Source: Candidatus Poribacteria bacterium (lineage in GTDB: Bacteria > Poribacteria > WGA-4E > WGA-3G). Taken from it: a DNA stretch of 64,000 nt. The stretch lies in assembly GCA_965214095.1 (NCBI GenBank), contig OZ243938.1, positions 3,520,001-3,584,000 of the forward strand. Reading direction: 5' to 3'. This document shows, piece by piece, positions 1 to 10,328 of the stretch; the stretch's first letter is position 1; every line of letters begins with the position of its first letter. The notes under the pieces are model-generated. The model was not told where the DNA came from, did not search any database, and saw only the letters and a program-made list of their open reading frames with translations. A program made the translations under genes and the position numbers.

Positions 1-177
1 CAAGATGCTGACCTTGTTGCATTTCTTTACAGAGAAGATGTCTACGAAGATCAAGAAACTTACACTGAAGATGTAGTTGAAGCCTTATTATCAATAAAGA
101 AACAACGTAACGGTCCAATTGGAGATGTTCCGCTACATTTTTGCAAAAGGCAGATGCGTTTTGAAAATGTAAAGTAA
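1..177 (+). CDS. dnaB: Replicative DNA helicase DnaB, C-terminal fragment (gene starts before the window)
   Basis: Frame 1 translates as QDADLVAFLYREDVY...LSIKKQRNGPIGDVPLHF...RFENVK*, matching the DnaB EQDAD...FLYR and KQRNGP motifs; not in the ORF track. Confidence 0.9.
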   Translation, partial: QDADLVAFLYREDVYEDQETYTEDVVEALLSIKKQRNGPIGDVPLHFCKRQMRFENVK

Positions 178-204
178 ATTGTCTCCCCTGTTTGGAAGCT
201 TAAT

Positions 205-1029
205 ATGTCACCTCCTTCTTCTACGCCAGCACCTTCAAATGGGTTGGCGTTCTTAATAAAAAAACGAATATACCATTCGCTCTCTGAATTAGGTGATGCT
301 TTTCGTCTTCTTGGTGAAACGATTTTCCAAATATTTAGACCGCCGCTGCAGTTTGACTTGTTGATAAAGCAACTGCTCCTCATTGGGGTTAATTCCTTAG
401 CAGTCGTTTTGTTATCCGGTTTCTTCACGGGGATGGTGTTGGGTGTTCAAGGATATGTGCAGTTAAAACCTTATGCAGTTGAAGGGTCAGTTGCTCAATT
501 TGTCAGTGTTTCTGTAGTTAAAGAACTGGGACCAATGATTACCGCGTTTGTCCTTTCAGGACGTATCGGTGCGTCCATAACTGCTGAACTTTCAACAATG
601 AAGGTCACCGAACAAATTGACGCGCTTGAAGTGATGGGAACAAATCCTGTCAAATATCTGGTTGTTCCACGTTTTCTCGCCTGTTCTTTTATGCTCCCAA
701 CCCTTACAATCTTTTCTACTTTTGCTGGCATCTTCGGTGGATATGTCGCGGTCGTTACGCTCTTCGGTTTCAATGGAGACTTTTACATTCTGCAAGTACA
801 AAAACATCTGTTCATCGGGAGTGTGTTAATCAGTTTAATCAAAGCAACTTCATTTGGAATGGCAATCGCAGCCGTTGGGTGCTACAAAGGAATCAGCATT
901 TCAACAGCAGGAGGGGCAGAAGGTGTTGGAACAGCAACAACTGGTTCTGCAGTCATCTCTCTGATAACTATCTTGATTTTAGACTTTGTTCTGAACCATA
1001 TACTGTTTAACATCTTAGGAATGGTATAA
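205..1029 (+). CDS. mlaE: MlaE family lipid-asymmetry ABC transporter permease
   Basis: KELGPMITAFVLSGRIGASITAELSTMKVTEQIDALEVMG and YLVVPR motifs; multi-TM. Confidence 0.93.
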   Translation: MSPPSSTPAPSNGLAFLIKKRIYHSLSELGDAFRLLGETIFQIFRPPLQFDLLIKQLLLIGVNSLAVVLLSGFFTGMVLGVQGYVQLKPYAVEGSVAQFVSVSVVKELGPMITAFVLSGRIGASITAELSTMKVTEQIDALEVMGTNPVKYLVVPRFLACSFMLPTLTIFSTFAGIFGGYVAVVTLFGFNGDFYILQVQKHLFIGSVLISLIKATSFGMAIAAVGCYKGISISTAGGAEGVGTATTGSAVISLITILILDFVLNHILFNILGMV

Positions 1030-1066
1030 CAATTGATTGACAGGAACAAATTACGATATAATAACT

Positions 1067-1855
1067 ATGATCACTGTTAAAAACGTCAGAAAAGCATTTG
1101 GTGAGAAAGAAGTACTAAACGGATTAGACCTTGAAATCCCAAAAGGTGAGACTCTTGTTATTATGGGACGAAGCGGCTGTGGAAAAAGCGTTTTGCTCAA
1201 AATTATCGCAGGTCTCCTTTCTATAGATGAAGGTGAAGTTTGGGTTGATGGAACTGAAATTACAGAACTTAAAAGGAAACCATTGAACCAAATTCGTAGA
1301 AAAATCGGGATGCTTTTTCAATCCGCAGCACTATTTGATTCGATGAGTGTAGCCGAAAATATCGCCTTTATGCTTGACCAACATACCAATTTATCACAGA
1401 AAGAAATGCGAGAGATCGTTGATGAAAAACTGAATTTAGTTGACTTAGATGGTGTGCAAGACCTACGACCTGCACAACTCAGTGGGGGTATGCGGAAGCG
1501 GGTCGGTTTAGCACGAGCACTTGCTTTTAATCCGGAGATCATCTTATACGATGAACCTACAACCGGACTTGACCCAGTTACCTGTACCGAGATAAATCAG
1601 TTGATCCGAGATCTGAACCAGAAACTGCAGGTAACATCTATCGTAGTGACACACGATATGCACAGTGCTTTTAGCGTTGGGACCCTTATGGTCATGCTAC
1701 ATGAAGGTAGGAAACTTGCTTACGGTACGCCTGAAGAAATAATAAATGAAGACAATCCGATTTTACAACAGTTTATTCTATTTGGTGCACCAGATCAGAT
1801 CCTAAATATAGACGATCCAACTTTGAGAAAATATACAGGGAGAGATACTCAATGA
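1067..1855 (+). CDS. mlaF: MlaF ABC transporter ATP-binding protein
   Basis: Walker A GRSGCGKS, LSGGMRKRVGLARA, LYDEPTTGLDP, VTHD; lies between mlaE and an MCE gene; ATG at 1067 preferred. Confidence 0.93.
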   Translation: MITVKNVRKAFGEKEVLNGLDLEIPKGETLVIMGRSGCGKSVLLKIIAGLLSIDEGEVWVDGTEITELKRKPLNQIRRKIGMLFQSAALFDSMSVAENIAFMLDQHTNLSQKEMREIVDEKLNLVDLDGVQDLRPAQLSGGMRKRVGLARALAFNPEIILYDEPTTGLDPVTCTEINQLIRDLNQKLQVTSIVVTHDMHSAFSVGTLMVMLHEGRKLAYGTPEEIINEDNPILQQFILFGAPDQILNIDDPTLRKYTGRDTQ

Positions 1856-3423
1856 AGTTTTGGAGTCCATCTGTTAAAGTCGGACTAATGGTTATTGTGG
1901 CTTTTATCTTACTTGGTATACTCCTCACCAATTCTGCAAATTTACCCTGGGGAACACCTGGAGACGAAGTAACATTCCAATTTCGTGCAGTTAACGGGTT
2001 ATATGTTGGTTCAGGTGTATTGCTGTCTGGTGTCTCTATCGGTAAGGTAACACACATTATACTTCAACCTGAAACAAATACAGTTGAAATCCGAGCACGT
2101 GTCAAGAACGCTTTTCAATGGCTTAGACAAGGATGCGAAGCACACATTTCAATGAGTGGGTTTGTTGGTGAGATATTCATCTCACTAAAAAACGGTGAAG
2201 TCGGTGCCACACCACTGCAACCATCAGATTTACCTATTATCGGTATTGACCCTGTAAATCCGTTGGAATTACTTGAGCAAACCAGTTCAGGATTGAGTAA
2301 AGCCATTGATTTAACCTCCGCAGCTAACGAACTCTTACAAGCAAATCAGGAAGAAATTCAGCAAGGGATTAAAGAGACAAGAGGTTTGGTGGCACAGACA
2401 GGTGAAACACTAAAAAAATTCAATGACAATATGGACGAAACTGTAAGAATTTTATTAGATCTGGCTGCGAAAAATGACAAACGGGTTGAAGATACACTTA
2501 ACAATATGAATCAACTCTTAACCCAACTCGGCAATGATTCCTTAATCCTTAGTAGCCAAGTCAGCGATATCAGTCGTTCATTACTCACACTCGTCGACCA
2601 GAATTTTCCGAGAGTCAATAGGATATTGTCAGACTTACAGCAAGGAACTAATGATTTTCGACGATTAGCAACACAATCCCGAGAAGATTTGAGTTCAATA
2701 ACAAACGATATTTCTAACCTGATTGCCCAAGGAAGCACTGTTATTGAAGAAGGAAGTACCGAAATCAAACCCATTATTAAAAACCTTCAGTCAGCAACAG
2801 CGTCACTTTCTACATTAAATACTAATGTAAATGAAATTTTAGTTACAATCAAAGATGGCAAAGGCACAGTCTCACAACTGTTGAACAATCCAGAACCGCT
2901 TGCTGATGCAAAAGAAACTTTTAATAATCTTAATGAGCTTCTTATAGGACTCACTAATTTCTATGAACAAACAGATGAACAATTAAAAGGTTTTAAATTT
3001 CCCGATTTTTCGTGGGATACTGAACTTCAATATCTTAGTCTTGAAGAAAATCTACATACTGAATTTGGGTTTTCGCTGATACCGATGCCGCCATCAAAGA
3101 ACAGTTACCGTTTCGGTTTAGGTATTCGTGAGGAAAAGATTGGCGTGGAATTCCAATATGCATACAAGTTCACAGACTATTTACGCGGGCGATTTGGATT
3201 TATGCGTTCCAATGTAGGTGCGGGAGTTGATCTAATGGCGTGGAATCAAAGATTAGTTCTCGGAATTGAAAGTGTAGGTTTAACGCAAGACAGACCTGAA
3301 CTAAACGCAGAAATGGGTTTCCGATTTTTCCGAGGTGGTCATATCCTCTTCGGTGTAGAAAATTGGTGGAGTGAAGATAGACGTTGGACCGCGGGGATTA
3401 AACTCATTACAAGTGATTGGTAA
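1852..3423 (+). CDS. mlaD: Long MlaD/MCE protein with helical stalk and beta-strand-rich C-terminal domain
   Basis: N-terminal TM anchor, MCE motif GLYVGSGVLLSGVSIGKV, long heptad region, C-terminal alternating Gly/aromatic strands; ATGA overlap with mlaF. Confidence 0.85.
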   Translation: MKFWSPSVKVGLMVIVAFILLGILLTNSANLPWGTPGDEVTFQFRAVNGLYVGSGVLLSGVSIGKVTHIILQPETNTVEIRARVKNAFQWLRQGCEAHISMSGFVGEIFISLKNGEVGATPLQPSDLPIIGIDPVNPLELLEQTSSGLSKAIDLTSAANELLQANQEEIQQGIKETRGLVAQTGETLKKFNDNMDETVRILLDLAAKNDKRVEDTLNNMNQLLTQLGNDSLILSSQVSDISRSLLTLVDQNFPRVNRILSDLQQGTNDFRRLATQSREDLSSITNDISNLIAQGSTVIEEGSTEIKPIIKNLQSATASLSTLNTNVNEILVTIKDGKGTVSQLLNNPEPLADAKETFNNLNELLIGLTNFYEQTDEQLKGFKFPDFSWDTELQYLSLEENLHTEFGFSLIPMPPSKNSYRFGLGIREEKIGVEFQYAYKFTDYLRGRFGFMRSNVGAGVDLMAWNQRLVLGIESVGLTQDRPELNAEMGFRFFRGGHILFGVENWWSEDRRWTAGIKLITSDW

Positions 3424-3507
3424 GACGGTTCTCAACTACAATATAGTTTTTGTATTGTAGGCAACTAACTGATGTATGATAAACGCCAATAGCATTTAGT
3501 GGTCCTT

Positions 3508-4869
3508 ATGGCACAAGCAAAGCACAAATTTGTCTGTCAAGAATGTGGATATACAACGCCGAGAGGACTTGGCAAATGTCCCGGATGTCAGGCTTGGAAT
3601 AGTTTCGCTGAAGAAACAGAAATCGTTTCCACATCTCCTGTACATCGGAGTATCGGTCAACTTTCCAATAAACCTGAAGCAATATCGGACGTTAAAACGG
3701 AAGATATAGAACGACAACTCACTGGGATGCCTGAGTTTGACAGAGTTTTGGGGGGTGGTATTGTTCCAGGGTCGGTAGTTCTTATTGGTGGTGACCCGGG
3801 TATAGGTAAATCAACGCTCTTATTACAAGCAAGCGATGCCCTTAGTCGCAAATACGGGAATGTGCTTTATGTTTCTGGCGAAGAATCGGTTAATCAAACG
3901 AAGATACGTTCAAACCGACTTGGCGTAACTTCAGAGACACTCTATGTTCTATGTGAAAATAATTTAGAACTTATTGAAAAAGAGATAGAAAAACTTCAGC
4001 CTCAAGCCGTTGTTATCGACTCTATTCAATCTGTCTATCTTACGGAATTTCAATCTGCGCCAGGCAGTATCACACAAATACGTGAATGTGCCGCGCAACT
4101 CCTAATTTGTGCTAAGAATCACAACATACCGATTTTTCTCGTTGGACATGTGACAAAAGAGGGAACATTAGCAGGTCCACGTGTTTTAGAACACATAGTG
4201 GATACTGTATTATATTTTGAAGGTGAACGAGACCACATATACCGCATCCTCCGAGCAATAAAAAACCGATTCGGTTCAACCAATGAACTCGGTATTTTTG
4301 AGATGCAGAACAAAGGACTTGTGGATGTTAAAAATCCATCGCAACTTTTTTTAAGCGATAGAGAAGAAGAGATCTCTGGTTCTGTCGTTGTATCAAGTAT
4401 GGAAGGCACGCGTCCTCTGTTATTGGAGGTACAGGCATTAGTCGCACCAACACACTACGGCACACCACGGAACACGGCAACAGGTGTAGACCGAAACCGA
4501 GTTGCACTATTGATTGCAGTGTTGAGTAAAAGAATTGGATTAGACATCGGAGATTCCGATGTATTTGTAAACATTACTGGAGGGTTGCGAGTTAATGAAC
4601 CTGGAATTGACCTCGGTGTTTTAATGGCAATTATATCTAACCACCGTAACATCCCGATAGATCCTCAAACAGTGGTAATTGGCGAAGTCGGATTAGGTGG
4701 AGAAATTAGACCCGTACCGCATCTGGAAACACGGATCCGAGAAGCAGCAAAACTCGGATTCACGCGTGCAATTTTTCCTAAATATCATCAGAAAGGATTA
4801 GAAATCAATGAGAATATAGAACTCATTGGCGTGAAGAATATATATGATAGTCTAAGTAATTTATTGTAA
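3508..4869 (+). CDS. radA: DNA repair protein RadA/Sms
   Basis: C4 zinc finger CQECG...CPGC, GGDPGIGKST, KNRFG, Lon-like C-terminus. Confidence 0.97.
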   Translation: MAQAKHKFVCQECGYTTPRGLGKCPGCQAWNSFAEETEIVSTSPVHRSIGQLSNKPEAISDVKTEDIERQLTGMPEFDRVLGGGIVPGSVVLIGGDPGIGKSTLLLQASDALSRKYGNVLYVSGEESVNQTKIRSNRLGVTSETLYVLCENNLELIEKEIEKLQPQAVVIDSIQSVYLTEFQSAPGSITQIRECAAQLLICAKNHNIPIFLVGHVTKEGTLAGPRVLEHIVDTVLYFEGERDHIYRILRAIKNRFGSTNELGIFEMQNKGLVDVKNPSQLFLSDREEEISGSVVVSSMEGTRPLLLEVQALVAPTHYGTPRNTATGVDRNRVALLIAVLSKRIGLDIGDSDVFVNITGGLRVNEPGIDLGVLMAIISNHRNIPIDPQTVVIGEVGLGGEIRPVPHLETRIREAAKLGFTRAIFPKYHQKGLEINENIELIGVKNIYDSLSNLL

Positions 4870-5073
4870 CACAAACTCAAACAGCAGCAAATTCGGTGAT
4901 GCATTTGTTATGTATTGAAAATACAATTGCAAACGAAGAAAGTTCCTGTAGATCAACAAATATGTCATTAGCATGTATCTTCTCATCAGAAGGGTAATAC
5001 CTCAAGAAGATACGGAACAACGTTCAATAGCGATGAAACGTGTTTCACCGCTACAAACGGTTGAAAAAGAACT

Positions 5074-6108
5074 ATGCAAATTTGGGTAATTCGTATCTTA
5101 TTTATTGTCGCAAGTGCTGTCGTCTGCTATCTGCCAGATAGTAACATTACCAATGGCGGTGTCGGGCTTGCAATTGCAACTGCCCTTGTTGTAGGGGAGA
5201 AATTCCTTCGTGTAACCCACACGCGTAGACTTGTCGCAAGTGTTGTTGGACTTGCATTCGGTCTGCTGATTTCTTTGCTTGGGTTGTACTTATTCAATCT
5301 ATCAAACGCATCACCCGATCAAGACAATTTCTCATTGCCTGGACTATTAGAGAATGTGATTATTCTCGGATTCGGCTATATTGGTATGGTATGTGGATAC
5401 TATATATCCGAAAGTGTCCCGATTGTCCGATTGTTCAATTCCCATCGTTACACACAAATGGGGACACCTTATGCCACAAACGAATCCAACGGATTTAAAC
5501 TATTAGATACAAGCGTTATTATTGATGGACGTATCCTTGAAATCTGTGAGACACAATTTGTTGACGGGACTCTACTCATCCCGCGTTTTGTTCTAAATGA
5601 ATTGCAACATATTGCCGATTCAACTGATCTATTACGAAGAAACAAAGGGAGACGGGGTTTTGACATCCTCCGATCTCTTCAAAACAGTCCATCTATTGTA
5701 GTAGAAATCATAGAAGAAGATGTGCCACATCTTGATGAAGTGGATGCGAAACTCGTACACCTTGCCCGTAAACATTTCGCAAAAATCATTACGAATGACT
5801 TGAACCTAAACAAAGTTGCAGAATTACAAGGTGTCACAGTATTAAACATCAATGAGTTAGCAAATGCCATCCGTCCAATTGTCGTTGCAGGTGAAATCAT
5901 TCAGGTTCATCTACAAAAAGTGGGTAAAGAGCCAAAGCAAGGTGTAGGTTATCTTGATGACGGAACGATGGTTATCGTTGAAGATGGAAAATCGTATATC
6001 GGACAGACAATTGATGTTGTCGTGACACAGATGTTACGAACTAGCACAGGGCAGATGATCTTCGCGCGAAATGTTGACGAGTCATTAACAGAGAAAGGGT
6101 TTCGATGA
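5074..6108 (+). CDS. Membrane PIN/TRAM domain protein (YacL-like)
   Basis: N-terminal TMs, PIN motif LLDTSVIIDGRI, TRAM motif GVGYLDDGTMVIVE; conserved position between radA and ispD. Confidence 0.9.
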   Translation: MQIWVIRILFIVASAVVCYLPDSNITNGGVGLAIATALVVGEKFLRVTHTRRLVASVVGLAFGLLISLLGLYLFNLSNASPDQDNFSLPGLLENVIILGFGYIGMVCGYYISESVPIVRLFNSHRYTQMGTPYATNESNGFKLLDTSVIIDGRILEICETQFVDGTLLIPRFVLNELQHIADSTDLLRRNKGRRGFDILRSLQNSPSIVVEIIEEDVPHLDEVDAKLVHLARKHFAKIITNDLNLNKVAELQGVTVLNINELANAIRPIVVAGEIIQVHLQKVGKEPKQGVGYLDDGTMVIVEDGKSYIGQTIDVVVTQMLRTSTGQMIFARNVDESLTEKGFR

Positions 6109-6815
6109 AATGGCAACAGATGAACAGTAAGATTTCTGTCCTAATTCCTGCTGCCGGACAAGGCAAGCGGATGGAGACATCTGTTAAAAAACCTTATTTG
6201 ATGTTAGGTGATAGACCGATTCTGTCGCATACGATTGATCAATTTGAACAGAACAGTGTCATTGACGAAATTATAGTAATTGTTAACGAATCAGATCTCA
6301 CAACGTGTAAAGAAAGTGTGATTTCACCCTTTCGGTTTAGAAAGGTTCAAGAATTGGTAGCAGGTGGTGAAACACGACAAGTTTCTGTATTCAATGGACT
6401 CCGCACACTTACCGACGATGTTGATTATGTTGTTATTCATGATGGTGTGCGTCCGTTTATAGATGATGATATTATATTCAGATGTCTTGAAGCTACTGCG
6501 GAATGCGGGGCAAGCGTAGCTGCTGTGCCTGTAAAAGAGACCATAAAAGTAGCAAACAGAGATCTCTATATAGACCACACACCTGAACGTGATCTGTTAT
6601 GGCGAGTGCAGACACCACAGGTTTTCCGAAAATCGCTTCTCGTAGCAGCATACAATAAGGCTATTGAAGAGGGGATAAGTGCTCCAGACGATGCGATATT
6701 AGTTGAAAAACTTGGGCACCCAGTAAAATTGGTGATGGGAAGTTATAGGAACGTGAAACTTACAACACCCGATGATCTGCTACTCGCAGAAACTTTGCTA
6801 AATGAAGAAGAATAA
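6105..6815 (+). CDS. ispD: 2-C-methyl-D-erythritol 4-phosphate cytidylyltransferase
   Basis: IPAAGQGKRM, GGETRQVSV, IHDGVRPF, VQTPQVF. Confidence 0.95.
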   Translation: MKWQQMNSKISVLIPAAGQGKRMETSVKKPYLMLGDRPILSHTIDQFEQNSVIDEIIVIVNESDLTTCKESVISPFRFRKVQELVAGGETRQVSVFNGLRTLTDDVDYVVIHDGVRPFIDDDIIFRCLEATAECGASVAAVPVKETIKVANRDLYIDHTPERDLLWRVQTPQVFRKSLLVAAYNKAIEEGISAPDDAILVEKLGHPVKLVMGSYRNVKLTTPDDLLLAETLLNEEE

Positions 6816-6837
6816 GGTATAATAAATTGGACATTAT

Positions 6838-7311
6838 ATGCGGATAGGGATAGGTTACGACGTACATCAACTTGTTGAAAATCGAAAGTTGATTTTGGGC
6901 GGTGTAGAAATCCCTTATCACTTAGGACTTTTAGGTCATTCAGATGCAGATGTATTAACACACGCTATCTGTGATGCGATTTTAGGGGCAGCTGCATTAG
7001 GAGATATAGGAACGCACTTTCCAGATACAGACGATAGTTACGCAGAAATGGACAGTCAATTTTTCCTGCAATCTATCGCAGCAATGGTTAAAGAACAGAA
7101 CTATATTATTGAAAATATTGATAGCACAGTGGTTGCACAAAAACCTCAATTGGCACCGTATATCTTACAAATGCGGCAAGTAATCGCAAAAACATTAGGT
7201 ATATCGGATGCACAAGTCAGCGTAAAAGCAACTACTGCAGAAAATTTAGGGATTGTCGGGGAAGGCAAAGCAATAGTCGCTCAAGCAACTGTTTGTCTTT
7301 CCAAAGATTAA
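6838..7311 (+). CDS. ispF: 2-C-methyl-D-erythritol 2,4-cyclodiphosphate synthase
   Basis: MRIGIGYDVH, GHSDADV, LGDIGTHFPD, SVKATT. Confidence 0.97.
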   Translation: MRIGIGYDVHQLVENRKLILGGVEIPYHLGLLGHSDADVLTHAICDAILGAAALGDIGTHFPDTDDSYAEMDSQFFLQSIAAMVKEQNYIIENIDSTVVAQKPQLAPYILQMRQVIAKTLGISDAQVSVKATTAENLGIVGEGKAIVAQATVCLSKD

Positions 7312-7312
7312 T

Positions 7313-7428
7313 TGTGAACTCCTCGGTAGATGCGGTTTCCTAACCGCATCTATGAGACTGATCAAACACCGGTTCGGTTAGGAAACTGAACTTACCTTAG
7401 TGTGTAAATAATTATGATTTTTGCTATA
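7313..7428 (+). mobile_element. MITE family A copy (left end truncated) with two inverted GTAG-REP hairpins
   Basis: Near-identical to 54255-54361 and to the reverse complement of 46523-46630; ends in TTTTTGCTATA. Confidence 0.8.
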
Positions 7429-7447
7429 AATTACAAAGGAATAGTGG

Positions 7448-8905
7448 ATGGGAGTAAAGATATATAATTCCCTTAGCAGACAACTGGAGGAATTTTCACC
7501 ACAGACAGAAGAGTTTGTCAGTATGTATAGTTGTGGTCCGACCGTCTATGACTATATACATATCGGCAATGCCCGAACAGCACTCGTTACTGATATAATA
7601 CGCAGATATCTTGGATATAGAGGATATAATGTCAGATTAGTTCAAAATTTGACTGACATTGATGATAAAATAATCGCTCGGGCACAAACCCTCGGTCTCA
7701 GTTCCAGTCAACTTGCAGATACAAACGGACAAGCATATTTTGAAGACACACAACGTCTCGGAATTCAACCTGCAGATGTGCATCCAAAAGCCACTGAACA
7801 TATACCGGAGATGATTGACTTGATTCAAACACTCATTGCAAGAAATGCGGCTTATGTCATAGATGGTAGTGTGTATTATCGTGTAAATTCATTCAAAGAA
7901 TACGGAAAATTGTCGCGCCGTAAACCAGAGGATTTATTAGCAGGTGCACGCGTTGAAGTTGACCAACGTAAAGAAGACCCACGCGATTTTGACATGTGGA
8001 AAGCCGCAAAGCCTGGTGAACCGTATTGGGATAGCCCCTGGGGACCCGGAAGGCCCGGCTGGCATATAGAATGCTCATCTATGGCGATGAAACATCTTGG
8101 TGAGACGATTGATATACACGCAGGTGGAGAAGACCTTCTGTTCCCACACCACGAAAATGAGATCGCGCAGAGTGAATTAGCAACCGGTAAGCCTTTTGCG
8201 CGTTATTGGGTCCATGTTGCTTTTCTGAAGATAGACGGTCGGAGAATGGGAAAATCTGAACAAAACTTCATTTTCTTAAGGGACGCATTGGACAAATATT
8301 CTGCAGAAATAATACGTCACTTCCTTATTTCAGCACACTACCGACATCCACTTGATTATAGTTTGGAAAGTTTGCAAAATTCTGAATCCGCTCTAAAACG
8401 TTTGAATAACTGTGTCGATATGTTAAATAAATATTATGAAGCAACACCTGAAATTGAAGAAAACAACAACGAATCCTCAAAAAACGTTTCTCATGCCGAT
8501 GCTGAACTTTCTTCAGCAATAGAAATCATGCAATCGCTGTTTACCGAGGCAATGGATAACGATTTTAATACTGCTCAAGCAGTCGGATCAATTTTTTCAC
8601 TTGTTAGTCATGTCAATAAATCTATCAGTTCATCAAACGGGGTTTCCCAATATACTTTAGCAAATGCTTACAAAGTATTAGTAGAAACGTGCCAAGTGCT
8701 CGGTATCTATACAATGAACGAACAGGACACTGACAACACGACTGAGTATCTTGATCCACTGATTGAACTGCTTATAGAAATTAGAGAAGATGCCAGAAAT
8801 CAGAAAGATTGGAATACGTCTGATAAAATTCGAGATAAACTAAAAGAACTCAATATTGAAATACAAGATACCCGTGAGGGGACTACTTGGAAATTCATAT
8901 CATAA
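7448..8905 (+). CDS. cysS: Cysteinyl-tRNA synthetase
   Basis: YSCGPTVYDYIHIGNAR, GRPGWHIECS, DIHAGGEDLLFPHHENE; KMSKS appears as RMGKS. Confidence 0.97.
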   Translation: MGVKIYNSLSRQLEEFSPQTEEFVSMYSCGPTVYDYIHIGNARTALVTDIIRRYLGYRGYNVRLVQNLTDIDDKIIARAQTLGLSSSQLADTNGQAYFEDTQRLGIQPADVHPKATEHIPEMIDLIQTLIARNAAYVIDGSVYYRVNSFKEYGKLSRRKPEDLLAGARVEVDQRKEDPRDFDMWKAAKPGEPYWDSPWGPGRPGWHIECSSMAMKHLGETIDIHAGGEDLLFPHHENEIAQSELATGKPFARYWVHVAFLKIDGRRMGKSEQNFIFLRDALDKYSAEIIRHFLISAHYRHPLDYSLESLQNSESALKRLNNCVDMLNKYYEATPEIEENNNESSKNVSHADAELSSAIEIMQSLFTEAMDNDFNTAQAVGSIFSLVSHVNKSISSSNGVSQYTLANAYKVLVETCQVLGIYTMNEQDTDNTTEYLDPLIELLIEIREDARNQKDWNTSDKIRDKLKELNIEIQDTREGTTWKFIS

Positions 8906-8911
8906 CCTAAC

Positions 8912-8944
8912 ATGACACCTCTTATTAACCACAGGTGTCATTTA
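8912..8944 (+). terminator. Hairpin after cysS, possible terminator
   Basis: ATGACACCT...AGGTGTCAT inverted repeat followed by a short T run. Confidence 0.45.
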
Positions 8945-8951
8945 AGAACGT

Positions 8952-9593
8952 ATGCAAAGGAGTAATAAAATGTTATTCAGAACAATTTGTGCTTTTTCAC
9001 TTTTCTGTCTTTCAATCATGTTAATGAGTTGTGGAGCTCTATTTTCAGTTCAGGAATGGAGTGAAAATTACGCCCTGATGGATGGAACACAATCAACTAC
9101 CCCCCAAGCGATAGATGGAAACTTAAATACAATTGGGGATGCTGTCTTTGCAGGAGAGGTAATTGGAATGAGTTCAGCATCTGAAGTCGTTATTACATTA
9201 CCTGAGAAAAAGAAAATACGTCGCATTGTTGTACATTCCGAAAATGTTGTTGAATTTGATGTGTTCGTTGCAAAGGAAAGTCATACGACTGAAAGAAACT
9301 GGACTTTGATAAAAGAAATAAAAAAAGCACCTAATCTAACTACTGTATCTGTTTTAACGCCGTATCCAACTGATAGAGTTCGTCTTAGAGTCAGGAGAAC
9401 AAGTGATGATGCATCTAAGAGTCGGCAATTTGGTGCGCGTAATGTAGGTTATATAGAGCGATCTAATCGCCGCGCTGTTGGAAAGTTTAGAGAAATTGAA
9501 CTCTACGGATATAAAACCTCTGAACAAGTTGCAGTAGACGATACAACAGATAAACGTGAACAAGAACTTGATGATTTACTCAACTTAGAGTAA
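8952..9593 (+). CDS. Putative lipoprotein with discoidin/F5-8-like beta-sandwich
   Basis: Lipobox LMSC; AIDGN, IRRIVV and REIELYG pattern typical of galactose-binding-like folds; fold is inferred. Confidence 0.55.
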   Translation: MQRSNKMLFRTICAFSLFCLSIMLMSCGALFSVQEWSENYALMDGTQSTTPQAIDGNLNTIGDAVFAGEVIGMSSASEVVITLPEKKKIRRIVVHSENVVEFDVFVAKESHTTERNWTLIKEIKKAPNLTTVSVLTPYPTDRVRLRVRRTSDDASKSRQFGARNVGYIERSNRRAVGKFREIELYGYKTSEQVAVDDTTDKREQELDDLLNLE

Positions 9594-9606
9594 CATAGAA
9601 CAGGAC

Positions 9607-9634
9607 TTTGGTGCTGAGCATTTTCAGCACCAAA
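9607..9634. terminator. Stem-loop between the two lipoprotein genes
   Basis: TTTGGTGCTGA...TCAGCACCAAA perfect inverted repeat. Confidence 0.45.
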
Positions 9635-9650
9635 TCATGAGGAGACGTGT

Positions 9651-10232
9651 ATGCGTATTGGAATATTAAGTATTATCCTTTTTGTTATGATTGGATTGTC
9701 AGGATGTGTTCTATCGTCAACACCATCGGGCAATTGGAGCGAAAACGTTGCGATTACAGCTGCTGGGTCTGATGCTAAGTTCCACGACGACAATCTATAT
9801 ACAGAAGGAGAAACTACGACTATTCGCGAGGATGCTAAAGACCGCTCCTCACAAGATGAAGCAGATAACTTCACTGAAGCTGTTTTAAGTTGGAATGTCC
9901 CACAAACTATCCAACGAATTGTCATCAAAGCAAAAGAAGGACAGCTTGAATTTTTCCAAATTCAGTATATGGGTGAAGATGGTAAGTGGGTCACAGTTAC
10001 AGATGTACGCGATAACCTGCGTCCTATCTATAGATATACCCTCGGAAAACCTGTGGTGACAAAGAAGTTTCGACTGAAAGTCCCACGTCGGTGGGATTCG
10101 CGACGGGTTGGCGGAGAAAGTCGTTATAAACGTTCAGAAACAGGTGCGCCTACTGCAGCAGAATATCGGAAAATACAGGAAATTGAACTCTATTATGCAA
10201 TGCCAACAACTGATGTAGAGCCAATTCAATGA
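9651..10232 (+). CDS. Putative lipoprotein, paralogue of 8952..9593
   Basis: Lipobox LSGC; shares WSENxA, IxRIVI and EIELY with the upstream gene; RBS GAGGAG. Confidence 0.55.
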   Translation: MRIGILSIILFVMIGLSGCVLSSTPSGNWSENVAITAAGSDAKFHDDNLYTEGETTTIREDAKDRSSQDEADNFTEAVLSWNVPQTIQRIVIKAKEGQLEFFQIQYMGEDGKWVTVTDVRDNLRPIYRYTLGKPVVTKKFRLKVPRRWDSRRVGGESRYKRSETGAPTAAEYRKIQEIELYYAMPTTDVEPIQ

Positions 10233-10328
10233 AGGGCATTAGTTAACAATTTCGTATCACTGTGAGATCGAAATTTTGTCATACAAACAACCGGTTTAGG
10301 TGATATATTTATATAGAGGAGAATTTAC

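Noticed and set aside
3508-8905. radA-PIN/TRAM-ispD-ispF-cysS gene order as novel
   Set aside because: This is a known ancient cluster (as in Firmicutes), here simply lacking disA, gltX and cysE
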